In this document: one piece after another, positions 29,959-41,435 of the stretch
Numbering within the stretch: the first letter of the stretch is position 1
How the letters are laid out: the number at the start of each line of letters is the position of its first letter
Assembly: GCA_965552055.1 (NCBI GenBank)
Contig: CBEVQO010000010.1
Span: 1-64,000, forward strand
DNA: 64,000 nt
DNA from: an uncultured bacterium
GTDB lineage: Bacteria > Hydrothermota > UBA3073 > NMUJ01 > CBEVQO01
Direction: 5' to 3'
Notes under the pieces: model-generated
Database searches by the model: none
What the model was told of the DNA's origin: nothing
Seen by the model: only the letters and a program-made list of their open reading frames with translations
Program-made: the position numbers and the translations under genes

Positions 29959-30354
29959 CTAAGTCTTTGATAAAAAATAAATCGCAAGAACAGCAAAAAT
30001 TATACCAAAAATCTTATAAAAATTTAACTCCTCTTTCAAAACTAAAATACCTAAAATCGCAGGCAACAGTATGTAAAGACCAGTAAGAGGAACAAGAAAA
30101 GAAACCTCATATCTCTTTATAGCATAATAAAACAAAACCGTACCTATTCCACTGATAACACCAAGCATAAAGGCATAAAATCCATAATTTAATTTTACAT
30201 TTGAAGGGTTTTTAATCACAAAGAATAAAAGCAAAAGTGTGGTGCCAAGATAAGATATAAATCCGAGCCATTGCCATGACATATAACGGGATAAAATTTT
30301 GGTAAAAAAGCCCCACAATCCCCAGAAAAATATTATCAAAAGTGCATATTTCAT
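29959..30354 (-). CDS. EamA-family transporter (single domain)
   Basis: FFWGLWGFFTK, LFYYAI...VPLTGLY...LVLKEEL. Confidence 0.85.
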   Translation of the reverse strand: MKYALLIIFFWGLWGFFTKILSRYMSWQWLGFISYLGTTLLLLFFVIKNPSNVKLNYGFYAFMLGVISGIGTVLFYYAIKRYEVSFLVPLTGLYILLPAILGILVLKEELNFYKIFGIIFAVLAIYFLSKT

Positions 30355-30797
30355 AAAAGTGAAACAGCTAAATTAACCGCTTCTTCTGGGGTGGCAGCTT
30401 TTATCACCCCTTCAATATCCCATGTTCTTAAGCCCACAACCTTTTTACCTATATTGAGAGCAATCGAAATCTCACTCAAAGTGCCATATTTGCCATCTAT
30501 TGCGATTAAAACATCGGAAGTCCTGACAACAAGAACATTCCTCATCACACCCATACCTGTGGGTATCACAATATCGCAATATTCATTTGCATCTTCTTTC
30601 CTATCGGATGGAATTATACCAATAGTTAAGCCACCTGCTTCTTTTGCACCCTTACAAACAGCTTCCATAACACCTGTTAAGCCACCGCAACAAACTAAAA
30701 AGCCATTCTCAGCAATAAGCTTACCAACACGATACGAAAGCTCATAAACATCAGCATTAATAACACTCCCTCCAATAACCCCTATTATTTTGCGCAT
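30351..30797 (-). CDS. TIGR00725-family (LOG-like Rossmann) protein
   Basis: CGGLTGVMEAVCKGAKEAGG, GKYGTLSEI. Confidence 0.85.
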   Translation of the reverse strand: MRKIIGVIGGSVINADVYELSYRVGKLIAENGFLVCCGGLTGVMEAVCKGAKEAGGLTIGIIPSDRKEDANEYCDIVIPTGMGVMRNVLVVRTSDVLIAIDGKYGTLSEISIALNIGKKVVGLRTWDIEGVIKAATPEEAVNLAVSLL

Positions 30798-31618
30798 TAC
30801 TCTGATTTGGATTTCTTTAAACTTCTTGCAAGTCCACTAAATTCAGAATAGAAAAGTAAATTTCCATGTATCACGATTCCTGCAAGCCCACTTTCAGCCA
30901 GAGGATAAGCTACTGCAAAATCAGTTGCAAAATGCGGAGTAAAATAATGCCTTACGCCAAATAAAGCCACATCAAAGTTTTCAAATTTATTCCTTTCGTA
31001 AATTAGTTTGGGTAACCTGCTTAACTCAAACATAAGATAAGTAATTTCTTTTACAGGATAGGTAACACCAAATGCATATCCCCATGTTCGCGAAATTATC
31101 CCTTTCTCTTTCTCAAGAGGCTCAATAGGATGTTCGTATTTACTTATAATTTTGCTTTCACTAAAATTGAAATTTAAATAAAACGAAAATTTATTTAAGG
31201 TCAGCCTTTGCATAACATACAAAGCACCATATTTAATGCTGTAATTATAGTAGTCAGCACCTGCCCATGCACCGGGTTCCTCTCCTGTAAAGTAAACCAT
31301 ACCTCCTGGTTGTGCTATTACAGTGGATTTAAAAAGCAAACTAAAAGCATAATTCTTTCGCATAAAGCCGAATTTCACTCCACTGACAGGGAAAATCAAA
31401 ATCCCTTTACCCATACTCGCAAATAAATTTAAAAGACCAATTTCAATCTCACTGATACCTCCCACTCCTGCATTTATGGCAGATACAACGAAATATTCCT
31501 GGGGCGCGTAAGTAGCAGCACCTCCTGTGATGCCAATCTTACCAGATGGCATAACATCTGCAACAGGATTTAAAAACAGTCTCCATACAAAACTTGAAAA
31601 AATTAAAAAATGTAGCAT
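30797..31618 (-). CDS. Hypothetical exported protein, possible outer-membrane beta-barrel
   Basis: SD GGAGG; RLFLNPVADVMPSG N-terminal motif; alternating beta-strand pattern. Confidence 0.55.
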   Translation of the reverse strand: MLHFLIFSSFVWRLFLNPVADVMPSGKIGITGGAATYAPQEYFVVSAINAGVGGISEIEIGLLNLFASMGKGILIFPVSGVKFGFMRKNYAFSLLFKSTVIAQPGGMVYFTGEEPGAWAGADYYNYSIKYGALYVMQRLTLNKFSFYLNFNFSESKIISKYEHPIEPLEKEKGIISRTWGYAFGVTYPVKEITYLMFELSRLPKLIYERNKFENFDVALFGVRHYFTPHFATDFAVAYPLAESGLAGIVIHGNLLFYSEFSGLARSLKKSKSE

Positions 31619-31639
31619 AATACCTCCTTTTTTCCTTAC

Positions 31640-31715
31640 TGGTCGGGGGGACCGGATTTGAACCGGCGACCTCTGCGTCCCGAACGCAGCGCTCTAACCA
31701 CTGAGCTACCCCCCG
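31640..31715 (-). tRNA. tRNA-Pro (CGG), CCA encoded
   Basis: cgggggg/ccccccg acceptor; ctgcg-ttCGGga-cgcag. Confidence 0.92.
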
Positions 31716-32368
31716 AAACCATATTTGCCAATCAATGGAACAAAAGCACAATCAAAAAATTCTTCAACCTCTTTTTCACCTTTTATCTTCCTTACTCTAA
31801 CTAGAACCTGTGAAAATCTTCCGCCAATAGGTATCACCAATCTGCCTCCTTCTTTGAGCTGCTTAAATAAAGGCTCCGGAATATCAGGAGCACCCGCAGT
31901 AACAAGTATCGCATCATAAGGAGAAAATTCCTCCCAACCCTCACTGCCATCACCCACCTTTATCTTTATATTCAAATAACCAAGTTTGTCAAGCAATTTC
32001 TTTGCCCTAAAAGCTAAACTTTCTAACCTTTCAACACTGTAAACCTCTTCCGCAATCTCCGCTAAAATCGCTGTTTGATAACCACTACCTGTGCCAATTT
32101 CAAGTACACGCTCACCACCCCTTAATTCAAGTAATTCAGTCATAATAGCAACCATATAAGGCTGGGATATCGTCTGGTCTTCACCTATTGGCAAAGGATA
32201 ATCTTCATACGCTTCTTTTCTCAAATTTTCCGGAACAAATAAATGACGCTTAACCTTCAACATCGCTTTCAAAACCAGAGGATCCTTAACGCCACGCCTC
32301 TTTATCTGAAATTCTACCATCTCTTTCCTTTTCTCATCAAAATACTTCTCATCTATAGTTCGCATCAA
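31706..32368 (-). CDS. pcm: Protein-L-isoaspartate O-methyltransferase
   Basis: [29 protein letters not shown]. Confidence 0.95.
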   Translation of the reverse strand: MMRTIDEKYFDEKRKEMVEFQIKRRGVKDPLVLKAMLKVKRHLFVPENLRKEAYEDYPLPIGEDQTISQPYMVAIMTELLELRGGERVLEIGTGSGYQTAILAEIAEEVYSVERLESLAFRAKKLLDKLGYLNIKIKVGDGSEGWEEFSPYDAILVTAGAPDIPEPLFKQLKEGGRLVIPIGGRFSQVLVRVRKIKGEKEVEEFFDCAFVPLIGKYGFGG

Positions 32369-33084
32369 AAATTTATCTCCTTTAAATCTTTCAACTTGTT
32401 AATCATTTCTTCCGCAGTAAGGTCAATTTTTAAGGGCGTAATTGATATATATCCTTCCATTATTGCTTCTATATCCGTTCCCTTTTCCTTCTGATGCACG
32501 GGAACACCCCTTATCTCGTAGCAATTTCTACCTACTTTGCGCAAAACATCCTGATACTCCCTGTTACCCAGCCTCGTAATTTTTATTCCTTTTGGTTCTG
32601 GCGGTATATTCACATTCAAAAAAACACCCTCGGGTAATCCCATTTTCAGATACTTTTTCACAAATTCAAGGATAAAATCGCGGGGTATTAGCATTTCCTT
32701 TGCATCAAATTCAGTATAAGACATTGCACATGATTTTATACCAAGTATCGTGCCCTCCATCGCAGCACCGACTGTGCCAGAATAAGTAACATCTTCACCA
32801 AGATTGGGACCCGCATTTATGCCAGATATAAGAAGATCTGGTTTGCCGACAATGTCGTAAAAGGCAACCGTAACAGCATCTGTGGGAGTGCCATCAACTC
32901 CATATACCTTTTTGCCAATTTTTTTAACTTTTATCTTATTCTTCAAAGTAATTGCATGACTTATAGCATTTCTTGGTTTCAATGGTGCAACAATGTAAAC
33001 ATCATAGTAAGGAGATAAAATATCAAAAAGCAAATTAATGCCCTCGGCTCTTACTCCATCATCATTTGTTAACAAAATTTTCAT
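32365..33084 (-). CDS. surE: 5'/3'-nucleotidase SurE
   Basis: [34 protein letters not shown]. Confidence 0.95.
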   Translation of the reverse strand: MKILLTNDDGVRAEGINLLFDILSPYYDVYIVAPLKPRNAISHAITLKNKIKVKKIGKKVYGVDGTPTDAVTVAFYDIVGKPDLLISGINAGPNLGEDVTYSGTVGAAMEGTILGIKSCAMSYTEFDAKEMLIPRDFILEFVKKYLKMGLPEGVFLNVNIPPEPKGIKITRLGNREYQDVLRKVGRNCYEIRGVPVHQKEKGTDIEAIMEGYISITPLKIDLTAEEMINKLKDLKEINF

Positions 33085-33746
33085 CCCAATAATAAACTTC
33101 TAACGGCTAATCGTAAAAAACGCAAAGTATCAATTACAGGATTTATATAAGATTTCTGTCCCGCATAAATCGTTTTTACAGGTATTTCTTTTATCTTCAG
33201 ACCAAGACGCCCCATCTTTATTATCATTTCAGATTCTATATCGTATTTATTCGCCTTAAGTTCAATCTTTTTATAAGACGACATTTTTACCGCCCTGTAG
33301 CCCGATTGCGAATCTTCAACTTTTTGATGTGAAAGCAAAGAAGTAACCAAGGATGTCAATCTATTTGTCATATACCTTATAAATGGCATCTCATTTGTAT
33401 TTAAATTTCTTTTTCCTATTATCAAATCATACTCTCTTTTTTCAATCTCTTTTAAAAATTTGGGCAAATCATCTGGAGAATGTTGACCATCTGCATCCAT
33501 CAGGATTACATAATCGTAATTTTTACTCAAGGCAAAATCAAGCCCTGTCCTGCAAGCTGCTCCTTTGCCACGATTTACTTCATGCCTCAAAACCTCAACT
33601 CCACATGACTTCGCTATTGAAAAAGTATTATCATAAGAACCATCATCGACGACAATAATATCTTCCACATATTTTTTTACTTCATTTATTAAATCAGGGA
33701 GATATTTTTCTTCGTTGTAGGCGGGCATTATAACCGCTATTCTCAT
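33081..33746 (-). CDS. Glycosyltransferase family 2 (DPM synthase-like)
   Basis: PAYNE, VVDDGS, DADGQH, DSQSGYR. Confidence 0.9.
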   Translation of the reverse strand: MRIAVIMPAYNEEKYLPDLINEVKKYVEDIIVVDDGSYDNTFSIAKSCGVEVLRHEVNRGKGAACRTGLDFALSKNYDYVILMDADGQHSPDDLPKFLKEIEKREYDLIIGKRNLNTNEMPFIRYMTNRLTSLVTSLLSHQKVEDSQSGYRAVKMSSYKKIELKANKYDIESEMIIKMGRLGLKIKEIPVKTIYAGQKSYINPVIDTLRFLRLAVRSLLLG

Positions 33747-34552
33747 AATCTCTCATACAAATACCACTGCGTTAAATATCTATCAACATACATTTCAAAG
33801 ATTTTTATCCAATCTACAGGATTGTCAACAGGTTTTTCAAAATAAACTTTGTAATTATCTCCTTCTCTCACACAAAAAGCAGGCAAAACTTTTGCACCTG
33901 TTTTTTCAGCAATTTTAAAGATGCCTGTGGGAAAGCGTGTTTTTATGCCAAAGAATTCAAAAAAATCACCAGTGCCTGTATAATCCCTATCTCCCAGTGT
34001 GGCAACAACTCCCCCTTTTTTTAACTGCTTAAAAACACATAGCATCGGCTCATCAAGATAAACAACTCTCATACCTGCCTTTTCTCTCCTCCTGCGATAA
34101 AAGCGCTTCATGCCTTCATTAACCCAGGGATAAGCGATTACAAGCGGAGAATAGCCATAAACAGAAAGCATAGTGGCACCAAGCTCCCAGTTGCCAAGAT
34201 GCGCAGTAAGAACAATTGCACCTCCTTCTTTTAATGCATCATCCAGTAGCTCAATATTTTTCACTTCTAAATATCTTTCAAGGTTTTCTTTTTTATTGAA
34301 TCGTGGGAGAATCAGAAATTCATAAATAAATTTTGCGAAGTTGCGAAAATTTTTTGCTGATAATCTTCTTAAATCGAATTTCGTTAAATTCTTTTTTATC
34401 TTTTTGACATTTGCTTCCCAATTTCTTTTACCATGGGCATAAAATGTAAAATACATAAAGTCAGCAATTCTTTCTGTTATAAATACTGCTAATTTAAAAG
34501 GTAAAATATGGGAAAGACCAGCGAGTATCCAGAAAATTATTAATAATATCAT
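33743..34552 (-). CDS. Lysophospholipid/lipid A-type acyltransferase
   Basis: TAHLGNWE, LGDRD, FFG...FPTG. Confidence 0.85.
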   Translation of the reverse strand: MILLIIFWILAGLSHILPFKLAVFITERIADFMYFTFYAHGKRNWEANVKKIKKNLTKFDLRRLSAKNFRNFAKFIYEFLILPRFNKKENLERYLEVKNIELLDDALKEGGAIVLTAHLGNWELGATMLSVYGYSPLVIAYPWVNEGMKRFYRRRREKAGMRVVYLDEPMLCVFKQLKKGGVVATLGDRDYTGTGDFFEFFGIKTRFPTGIFKIAEKTGAKVLPAFCVREGDNYKVYFEKPVDNPVDWIKIFEMYVDRYLTQWYLYERL

Positions 34553-34559
34553 TTGGGAG

Positions 34560-34632
34560 TCGGGGCGAGTGGACTTGAACCACCGACCTCCAGCTCCCCA
34601 TGCTGGCGCGCTAACCCCTGCGCTACGCCCCG
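34560..34632 (-). tRNA. tRNA-Pro (GGG); CCA not encoded
   Basis: cggggcg/cgccccg acceptor; ccagc-atGGGga-gctgg. Confidence 0.92.
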
Positions 34633-34922
34633 ACAGGTCTCTCTAAAAGCTCAATAATCTCATCAATATCTTTAAGTAATTCACGCAAAAATTCATAAAT
34701 ATCAGGATTATTTAACCTTTGTTTCGCTCCCTTTATGCTGTAACCCTCTTCTCTCAGCCTCTTAATCTCCATAAATTTCTTCAAATCATCTTCCGTATAA
34801 ATCCTTCTACCACGAGAATCACGCCGAGGAGTAATGCCAAACTCCCTCTCCCAATACCTGATAACATAGGGCTTCACACCCACTCTCTCCGCTATCTCTC
34901 CTATTCCAAAGAGCTTTTCCAC
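34623..34922 (-). CDS. MerR-family transcriptional regulator
   Basis: IGEIAERVGVKPYVIRYWE...GRRIY; GTG 34922 lies 6 nt after TATAAT, while the TTG at 34955 is the -35 box. Confidence 0.85.
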   Translation of the reverse strand: MEKLFGIGEIAERVGVKPYVIRYWEREFGITPRRDSRGRRIYTEDDLKKFMEIKRLREEGYSIKGAKQRLNNPDIYEFLRELLKDIDEIIELLERPVGA

Positions 34923-35020
34923 AATATTATTATATCCAGATTTCAAATTTGTCAAGTTTTAAATTTTTCAGGTGCAAATCCATATTTTGAAAAGAAAATT
35001 TCCTTCCATAAATTAAATTT

Positions 35021-36481
35021 TTGCATCTTTTTAATATCTTTATTCTTGCTCTTTTTCTATTTCTTCTCACGCTTCCCTCTAAAAGATTTCAACAAAATAA
35101 CTTTCCTAAAAGATTATCCTGTTTTTTAATATGGTCTAAAGCTAAATTTTCAAAAAAGTACTCTATATTATTGGGATTAACATTGGGATTAACGGTTTAT
35201 GCTCATTTGCCATTTTTCTTTTATTCCTTAATTTACATTCTGTTAGAAATAATTTATGACAGAAGGTTACCATTTAAAAATATCTTGATTTGCGGTGCAA
35301 TTGCTTTTCTCATCTCTTTGCCTTTTACTTATTGGTTTTTAAAATATCCATCTTATTTCATCCCAGATTTAATACCTTATAAACCCGTTAAAATGAGCTT
35401 TTCACAATTTATGATAAAATGGGGCAAGTCAATTTTACATCGTATATTAGAAAACATAAAATTTTATGGATGGTTGAGACCCTATGAATTTTCAAGATGG
35501 AGAGGAATTATTTTAACATTTTTGCCTATCTCTATCTTTTTATGGCATCAAAAAATAAATCGCAGATTGATATTTTATACATATTTCACAATAATTTTTG
35601 CGATTTTGAGTCCTCCTGCTTATTTTTTACTTTTCCAGAGGATTGATTTTCTCTTATCTATATTTTCACCCCTTCTATTCTTTTATTTTAGCAGATACGG
35701 TCTTTCTCCTTTGCTTTCCATTTTATGTGCATTTATGTTTTTGTGGGGAGGACTTGGAGAATATCCTCACATAAGTGACTTAAAAGAGTATGATAAAGAA
35801 CTGATTGAAGAAATAGAAAAAATGGAAGGTGCTTATATTGTACTTGAGCAAAGGTCAATTCTAAATTTGGTGCAATTTGGTGCAGGAAAAAGCGAACTTC
35901 CTAAAAATCCCACTCATTTTGAAGTGTTATTTCCACTTGAATTGAGGAAAAAATTTTTAACAGGAACGATTGAAGGTTATCATCACAGCATTTATAGAGG
36001 AAATGTCATAAATTCAGGTGTTTTCAGAGGAAAATTGATATCAGAATATCCAGTTGACACTATTAATAAATGGCTTAAAAAATGGGGAGTGAAATATCTT
36101 GTGTTATGGAGTGAAACTTCAAAAAAATATTTTGAAAAATTCTCGGATTTCTACAAAAAAATATGGGAAGATAGTGAATGGGCGATTTTTGAATTTAAAA
36201 ATGACGATTTAAATGAAGTGAAAGTGGAAGGTGGCAAAGGAAAAGTTTTAAAAGAAGGTTATTTTGAAAAAATAATAGAAGTAGAGGGCGAAAAGGGAGC
36301 AGAATGCATAATAAGGATGAACTATTTCCCTGCCTGGCGTGCATACTGTGGAGATAAAAGGATAAATATTTACAATAAAGAAGGTCAGATTGCATTTAGA
36401 TTGCCATCCACAGGCAAACAAATCATTCGCTTGAGATTCCCAAAACTTATCTTGACAACCAGACATTTTTATTTAAAATAA
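35021..36481 (+). pseudogene. Membrane glycosyltransferase-like/YfhO-related gene, probably 5'-disrupted
   Basis: TM-rich body with RMNYFPAWRAY C-terminal motif; a plausible N-terminal TM segment lies in another frame ending at 35129; no good start signal. Confidence 0.5.
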
Positions 36482-36484
36482 TTA

Positions 36485-38075
36485 ATGAAAGTAACCATTG
36501 CTTTAATTATCTTTATCTTTTCACTTACTTTGTTAAAATTAGGGCAACATATAACTCAGGATGAGATTCTTTATTATCTTTCTGCCCAGAAAGTAGCAAA
36601 AGGTGAAAAATGTAGATTGCCTGCTTATTCGCCTCATCTTTACTTACAAAGTTTAATTTTGACTTTTAAACTCTTCGGAAGCAATGAAAAAACAGGAAGA
36701 ATACCCTCAATTTTTGCTATACTTATCGCTCTATTTTTAATTCATTATATAATAACGAGAGAAGGCAAAAATAAACCCCTTGCGTCTTTATTCTCATTAA
36801 TGTTTTTATCAACCCCCCTTATCTTTCAGGGGATTTTCATATTCATAATTGACACCTGTTTACTTACAGCTACTGTGACTTTATTATGCATCGCTTATTT
36901 AATCACATTTAAATATAACAAAAATTACTTTTTATTATTTTTTGCCACAACAATTGCATTTTGGACAAAAGTCACAACTCCTTCAATTATTTTCATCATC
37001 TTAATTTTATTTACTTTATTTTCAAAAATTCAGCAAAATCAAAAAATAAAAATCATAACTTCCTTATTGTCGGGATTACTTGCTTTTATTTTAACATGGT
37101 ACATTTATTGTAAATTAATGGATGTTCAATTTATTAAACCTTTTCTTTATGCTTTTGGAGCTTTCAAGTCAAAAACCCGTTTTTCTTCTCAAATTATTAA
37201 TAACATTTTGTTTTCCGCTTTATGGACAGGAATTTTTCCTTTAGTTTTATTTGCTTTGCTTTCCATTGAAAGAATAAAAGAAATTTTCTATGAAAAAGAA
37301 ATCATTCCTGAAGATATTTTTTTGCTATGTGGCTCAATAACATTTATAGGTTACCTTTTTACAGGAGGAGCTATTTTTGGCTTTCCAAAATATCAGTGTC
37401 CATCTATTGCACTGCTGTGGATTTTCTCAGCAATTTATCTTACAAAGAGATATAAGAATTTCCAAAAAGCCGATAAATACTGGATTATCGCAATAAGTGC
37501 GTTTTTAATTCAATTCTTTTTTATCGGCGATTTAATCTATATTTTGCGGTATAAATTGCGATATGCGATGGCTTTTGAATTAGCAACTAAACCTATCGTA
37601 ATTGAAATTTTCTCAAAATTATCTTATTATGCTATTCTGATCGCCATTTTACTATGGACTTATTTAAAGTTTTCTAAAGAAAAAGTGATTTTCTCTTTGA
37701 TTTACACTGCATTAGGTACCAACTTAGGTATCATTGCTTTACAAAGCAAAGCAGATTATCATACTGGATATAATTATGGTGGTAAGGGGGCTTTTTGATG
37801 TCTGCAGAATTTTAAGAAACTATCCTGAATACGAAATAATAGCGCCCGATGAAGTAATTTATTATCTGGGAAAAGAAACCTATATCCCTGACCATCGCTG
37901 GAGGGATACACTCTGGATTTGTCAAAAATTAAATAAAAAAGCCATCTTAGTTTACTCTATTGTCAGCAATACAATCGAGCAAATAAAAACACTGCGTAAA
38001 TGCAAGAAAATCAAAAATATGTTGAAAAATTGTAAAAAATATGAGATAGGCAGCTATATCATTTATCATTTTTAG
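36485..38075 (+). pseudogene. ArnT/PMT-like (GT-C) membrane glycosyltransferase split by a single-base frameshift
   Basis: QDEILY motif; ORFs 36485-37798 and 37734-38075 join by removing one base in GGGGGCTTTTT (37786-37796). Confidence 0.7.
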
Positions 38076-39562
38076 GAATGTAAATTTTATATCTCCCTTT
38101 TTTGGCTATTAAAGTATATTTAGTATTTATAAATTTTTCAATCAGAGGACATTTTTCAATAAAATCCTTATCCCAGCCCCACCAGAATCCTGTACCGTGT
38201 ATTATAACTTTAGGAAAATTTAATGTAAGTTCATTACATACTCTTTTTTGTTTATTCACCGAAGGCAAATATATTAAATCAATAAAGGAATCATAATAAG
38301 TGGGATTCTTTCTACTTGTTAAAGCGTATATCGGTGGAGCATACCATGGAGTAACAAAAATATAATCTTTTTGCGAGGTATTTTCTTCAACAAATTTTAT
38401 TATCCAAGTTAACGACTCAGCTTCAGTTTGATTTTTATATAGCAGTATTCCTCGAACTGTATTAACTCGATAAACTGGTGGCCAGATCATTTTTAAAGTT
38501 TTGCCGTAAAATAAAGGCATTTTTAATAGCAAAATAAAAATGAGAATATCTAAAACCCATTTTATCACCCTTATTCCCACCCATATTCGCATAAATATTA
38601 TGAGGAAAATGAAAGCACTTATAGATGGCGAAAGATGTGTCAAATCCGATTGTTTTACTGCTTTTATAAAAGCAAAAGCACCCCACAAGAAAAACAAAAG
38701 AAGAATAATTTTTTCTTCAAATACTTTTCTGTGTAAAATAAAATAATAGATGAAGAAAATAACCTGTATGACTCAAAATATAAATACCATTAATTTTTTT
38801 AAAATTTCTAAAATCTGCTAACAACGCTTTTAAAGCTGATTTTGCGTTACAAAAATAAGGAATGTCAATAGCTGTACCATGTTGCACACTCTGAATAAGA
38901 AGTTGTTTTATCATTACCGGTAAAATTTTTATAAAAGGAAGATAAAATACACTTGCACTGCAAATTACACCTATAATAAATTTTAGTAATAATTTCTTTT
39001 TATGTAAAACAATCAAACATATTATTAAAGCAACTAATAAAGCTCCCGTTAAAAATACTTTGAAAAATAAAGAAATACCTATAAGAATTCCAGCACGCAG
39101 AATAAAATTTTCTTTTTCCTCATTCAAATATTTTAAAAAATAATGAACAGAGATTAGCTGTAATAAAAAATGCAAATGAAGATAAGTATGTCCGATATTT
39201 AACGCCACAATACCTGCATAATAAATCAAAAATGAAGCCAGAAAAGCATAAAAAATATTCTTGGTGTTTTCTTTTACTAAAATAAATGAATAAACACCAC
39301 AAAGTGAACTTATCAAAACCGAAAAAACAAGAACAATGTTTATGTTTATACCAAAAATTTTATAAATTAAAGCCGGAAAATAAACTTCACCAGGTGGAAA
39401 TAACAACCAAAAATCCTTGTAAGGTAAATCACCATTCAAAACCCTAAACGGATTGTTAAGATACTCAGAAATGTCACCTGTAATGTTAAAGAAAATATAA
39501 GGAAAGGCACTAAAGAAATATACAACAAAAAGTATTATTGAATATTTAATTCTTTTATCCAT
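38059..39562 (-). pseudogene. Membrane glycosyltransferase-like gene split into two frames
   Basis: GDLPYKDFWLLFPPG N-terminal motif; the frame changes near 38720-38760 and the downstream frame is open across the junction. Confidence 0.65.
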
Positions 39563-39639
39563 TTACAAAACTATAAATAAAATTTAACTTTGTCAAGATT
39601 AAACACTTGACATAGAAATTTAAATGGTAAAATTAGAAA

Positions 39640-40431
39640 ATGGAAAGTCTTCTTCTTAGGATAAGATACCATCTGCGCTTGTTAAGGAAATTAAAAAAGT
39701 TAAGAGAAATTGTATCTTTCAAAGATATTTTGATTGAAATTATTTTTGATAGGCCCTGCAACCCTATGGTTCTTAAAAATGGTTTTAAAATCTATCATTT
39801 TGGCGAAAGAATAACTTTTAAAATTTTTTACGACATTTTCGTATCCGAAGAATATACTTCAAAATTCCTGAAGATTGAAAATGGTGATACAGTCGTTGAT
39901 ATTGGCGCACATATCGGCTTATTTACCATATTTGCAAAATCAAAAGCAAAATGCAAAATTTACTGCTATGAACCGCATCCACAAAATTTCCGGATGCTGA
40001 TAAAAAATATAGAAGAAAACAAACTGGAAGATGTGTTTGCCTATCCTTTTGCAGTAAGTAATTCTTCGGGTATAGAAAAATTGTATCTAAATGGTCAATC
40101 AACTTTGCATTCAATGGTGCCATCTTCAAAAAAGAATTATATCAATGTCAAAAGTGTCACTTTATCAGAAATTTTTGAATCAAATAATCTCAATAGAATA
40201 AATTTTCTCAAAATGGACTGCGAAGGAAAAGAATTCGATATCATACTTTCAACTCCAAAGAACTTATTAAAAAGGATCGACAAAATTTCACTCGAATTCC
40301 ACGAAGAAAGTACAAATTACAATCAATATGACCTCCAAAAATATCTATCAGAATGTGGTTTTAAAGTAATTATATCAACCGCTATAAGCACGCCTCTGCT
40401 CGGTCATTTATTTGCTTGGCAAATCAGGTAG
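39640..40431 (+). CDS. FkbM-family methyltransferase
   Basis: VVDIGAHIG, YEPHPQN, LKMDCEGKE. Confidence 0.9.
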   Translation: MESLLLRIRYHLRLLRKLKKLREIVSFKDILIEIIFDRPCNPMVLKNGFKIYHFGERITFKIFYDIFVSEEYTSKFLKIENGDTVVDIGAHIGLFTIFAKSKAKCKIYCYEPHPQNFRMLIKNIEENKLEDVFAYPFAVSNSSGIEKLYLNGQSTLHSMVPSSKKNYINVKSVTLSEIFESNNLNRINFLKMDCEGKEFDIILSTPKNLLKRIDKISLEFHEESTNYNQYDLQKYLSECGFKVIISTAISTPLLGHLFAWQIR

Positions 40432-41398
40432 GAACCTCTTCACTCTCCTCTTTCCTCTCTTCTGCTTCTGTGCCCTTGCGACGGAAAATCATCCCAAGGG
40501 TTAAAAGAATTAAAAGAGGAATTCCCAGAAATATCAAAAGAAATTTAAATCCAGAAAATATCTGCAAATTCAAAGTGAATCTATTTAGATTATAAAGAAT
40601 AAAAATCGCAGATATGTAACATAAGCCAAAATTCAAAAATGGGTCGTTTGACCTTCCAAGTTTTAACCCTTTAAATCTTTTTTTCGTAAATGGATAAAAT
40701 AAATTTGCACCCATGTGACCAAGCATATCCGCAAGAATATGCGATGAAAAACCCAAAAAAGCAACAAGAAAATGTAATTTTGAGATAAAAAGCAGAGGCA
40801 AAGATAATAAAAATCCTACAGTAAAACTATGAGACCATTTTCTATGCCATGGAATGAAAATTACTTCAACTTTATCTTTTACTCTTTGGAAAAGCAAAGT
40901 AGGACCGTTGAAAATATTTATCTTTGTTTCTTCTTCATAAATATCTTCTGACAATTCTGCTTCAAATTTTGCCCTCGCCTCAATTCCCTCTGGTATTTCA
41001 CCTATCGGTGCACCACTTGTACTTACAACGGGACCCAATTTTACAATCACTTCTTTATTTTCTCTGTCGAATTTTACAGAATATTCCTGCCAGTGGTCAA
41101 ATCCCAATCTCAAAGTATGTAATTTTACATTTTGAGGGTTACCTTTCCATGCTTTGTCAATGGCATCTGCAAGACCCTCTGCAATCTCTTTTAAATTGAG
41201 ATTAACAGGGTCAATATCAAATTCTTTATCAAATTTTTCAAAAAATTGTGCAAATTTAAAATCGAGAGTATCTGGTAGCAACCCATAAACACCACCGAGC
41301 AAAAGAATTAATGATTTTTCATCGAAAGTGAGCGAAACTGCTTTCTGCAGGAATGTGCCAGACATCAACCCAACCATAAAATGAGTAAATCCTTTCAT
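40424..41398 (-). CDS. Membrane-bound metal-dependent hydrolase (YdjM-like)
   Basis: GFTH, LLPD, WHRKWSHS, SHILAD. Confidence 0.8.
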   Translation of the reverse strand: MKGFTHFMVGLMSGTFLQKAVSLTFDEKSLILLLGGVYGLLPDTLDFKFAQFFEKFDKEFDIDPVNLNLKEIAEGLADAIDKAWKGNPQNVKLHTLRLGFDHWQEYSVKFDRENKEVIVKLGPVVSTSGAPIGEIPEGIEARAKFEAELSEDIYEEETKINIFNGPTLLFQRVKDKVEVIFIPWHRKWSHSFTVGFLLSLPLLFISKLHFLVAFLGFSSHILADMLGHMGANLFYPFTKKRFKGLKLGRSNDPFLNFGLCYISAIFILYNLNRFTLNLQIFSGFKFLLIFLGIPLLILLTLGMIFRRKGTEAEERKEESEEVPT

Positions 41399-41435
41399 CC
41401 CTTATCATCAAATTTATATTCGTTTAAGAATTATG

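Noticed and set aside
29868..31751. ORFs 29868-30086 and 31539-31751
   Set aside because: They read through tRNA-Glu and tRNA-Pro; spurious
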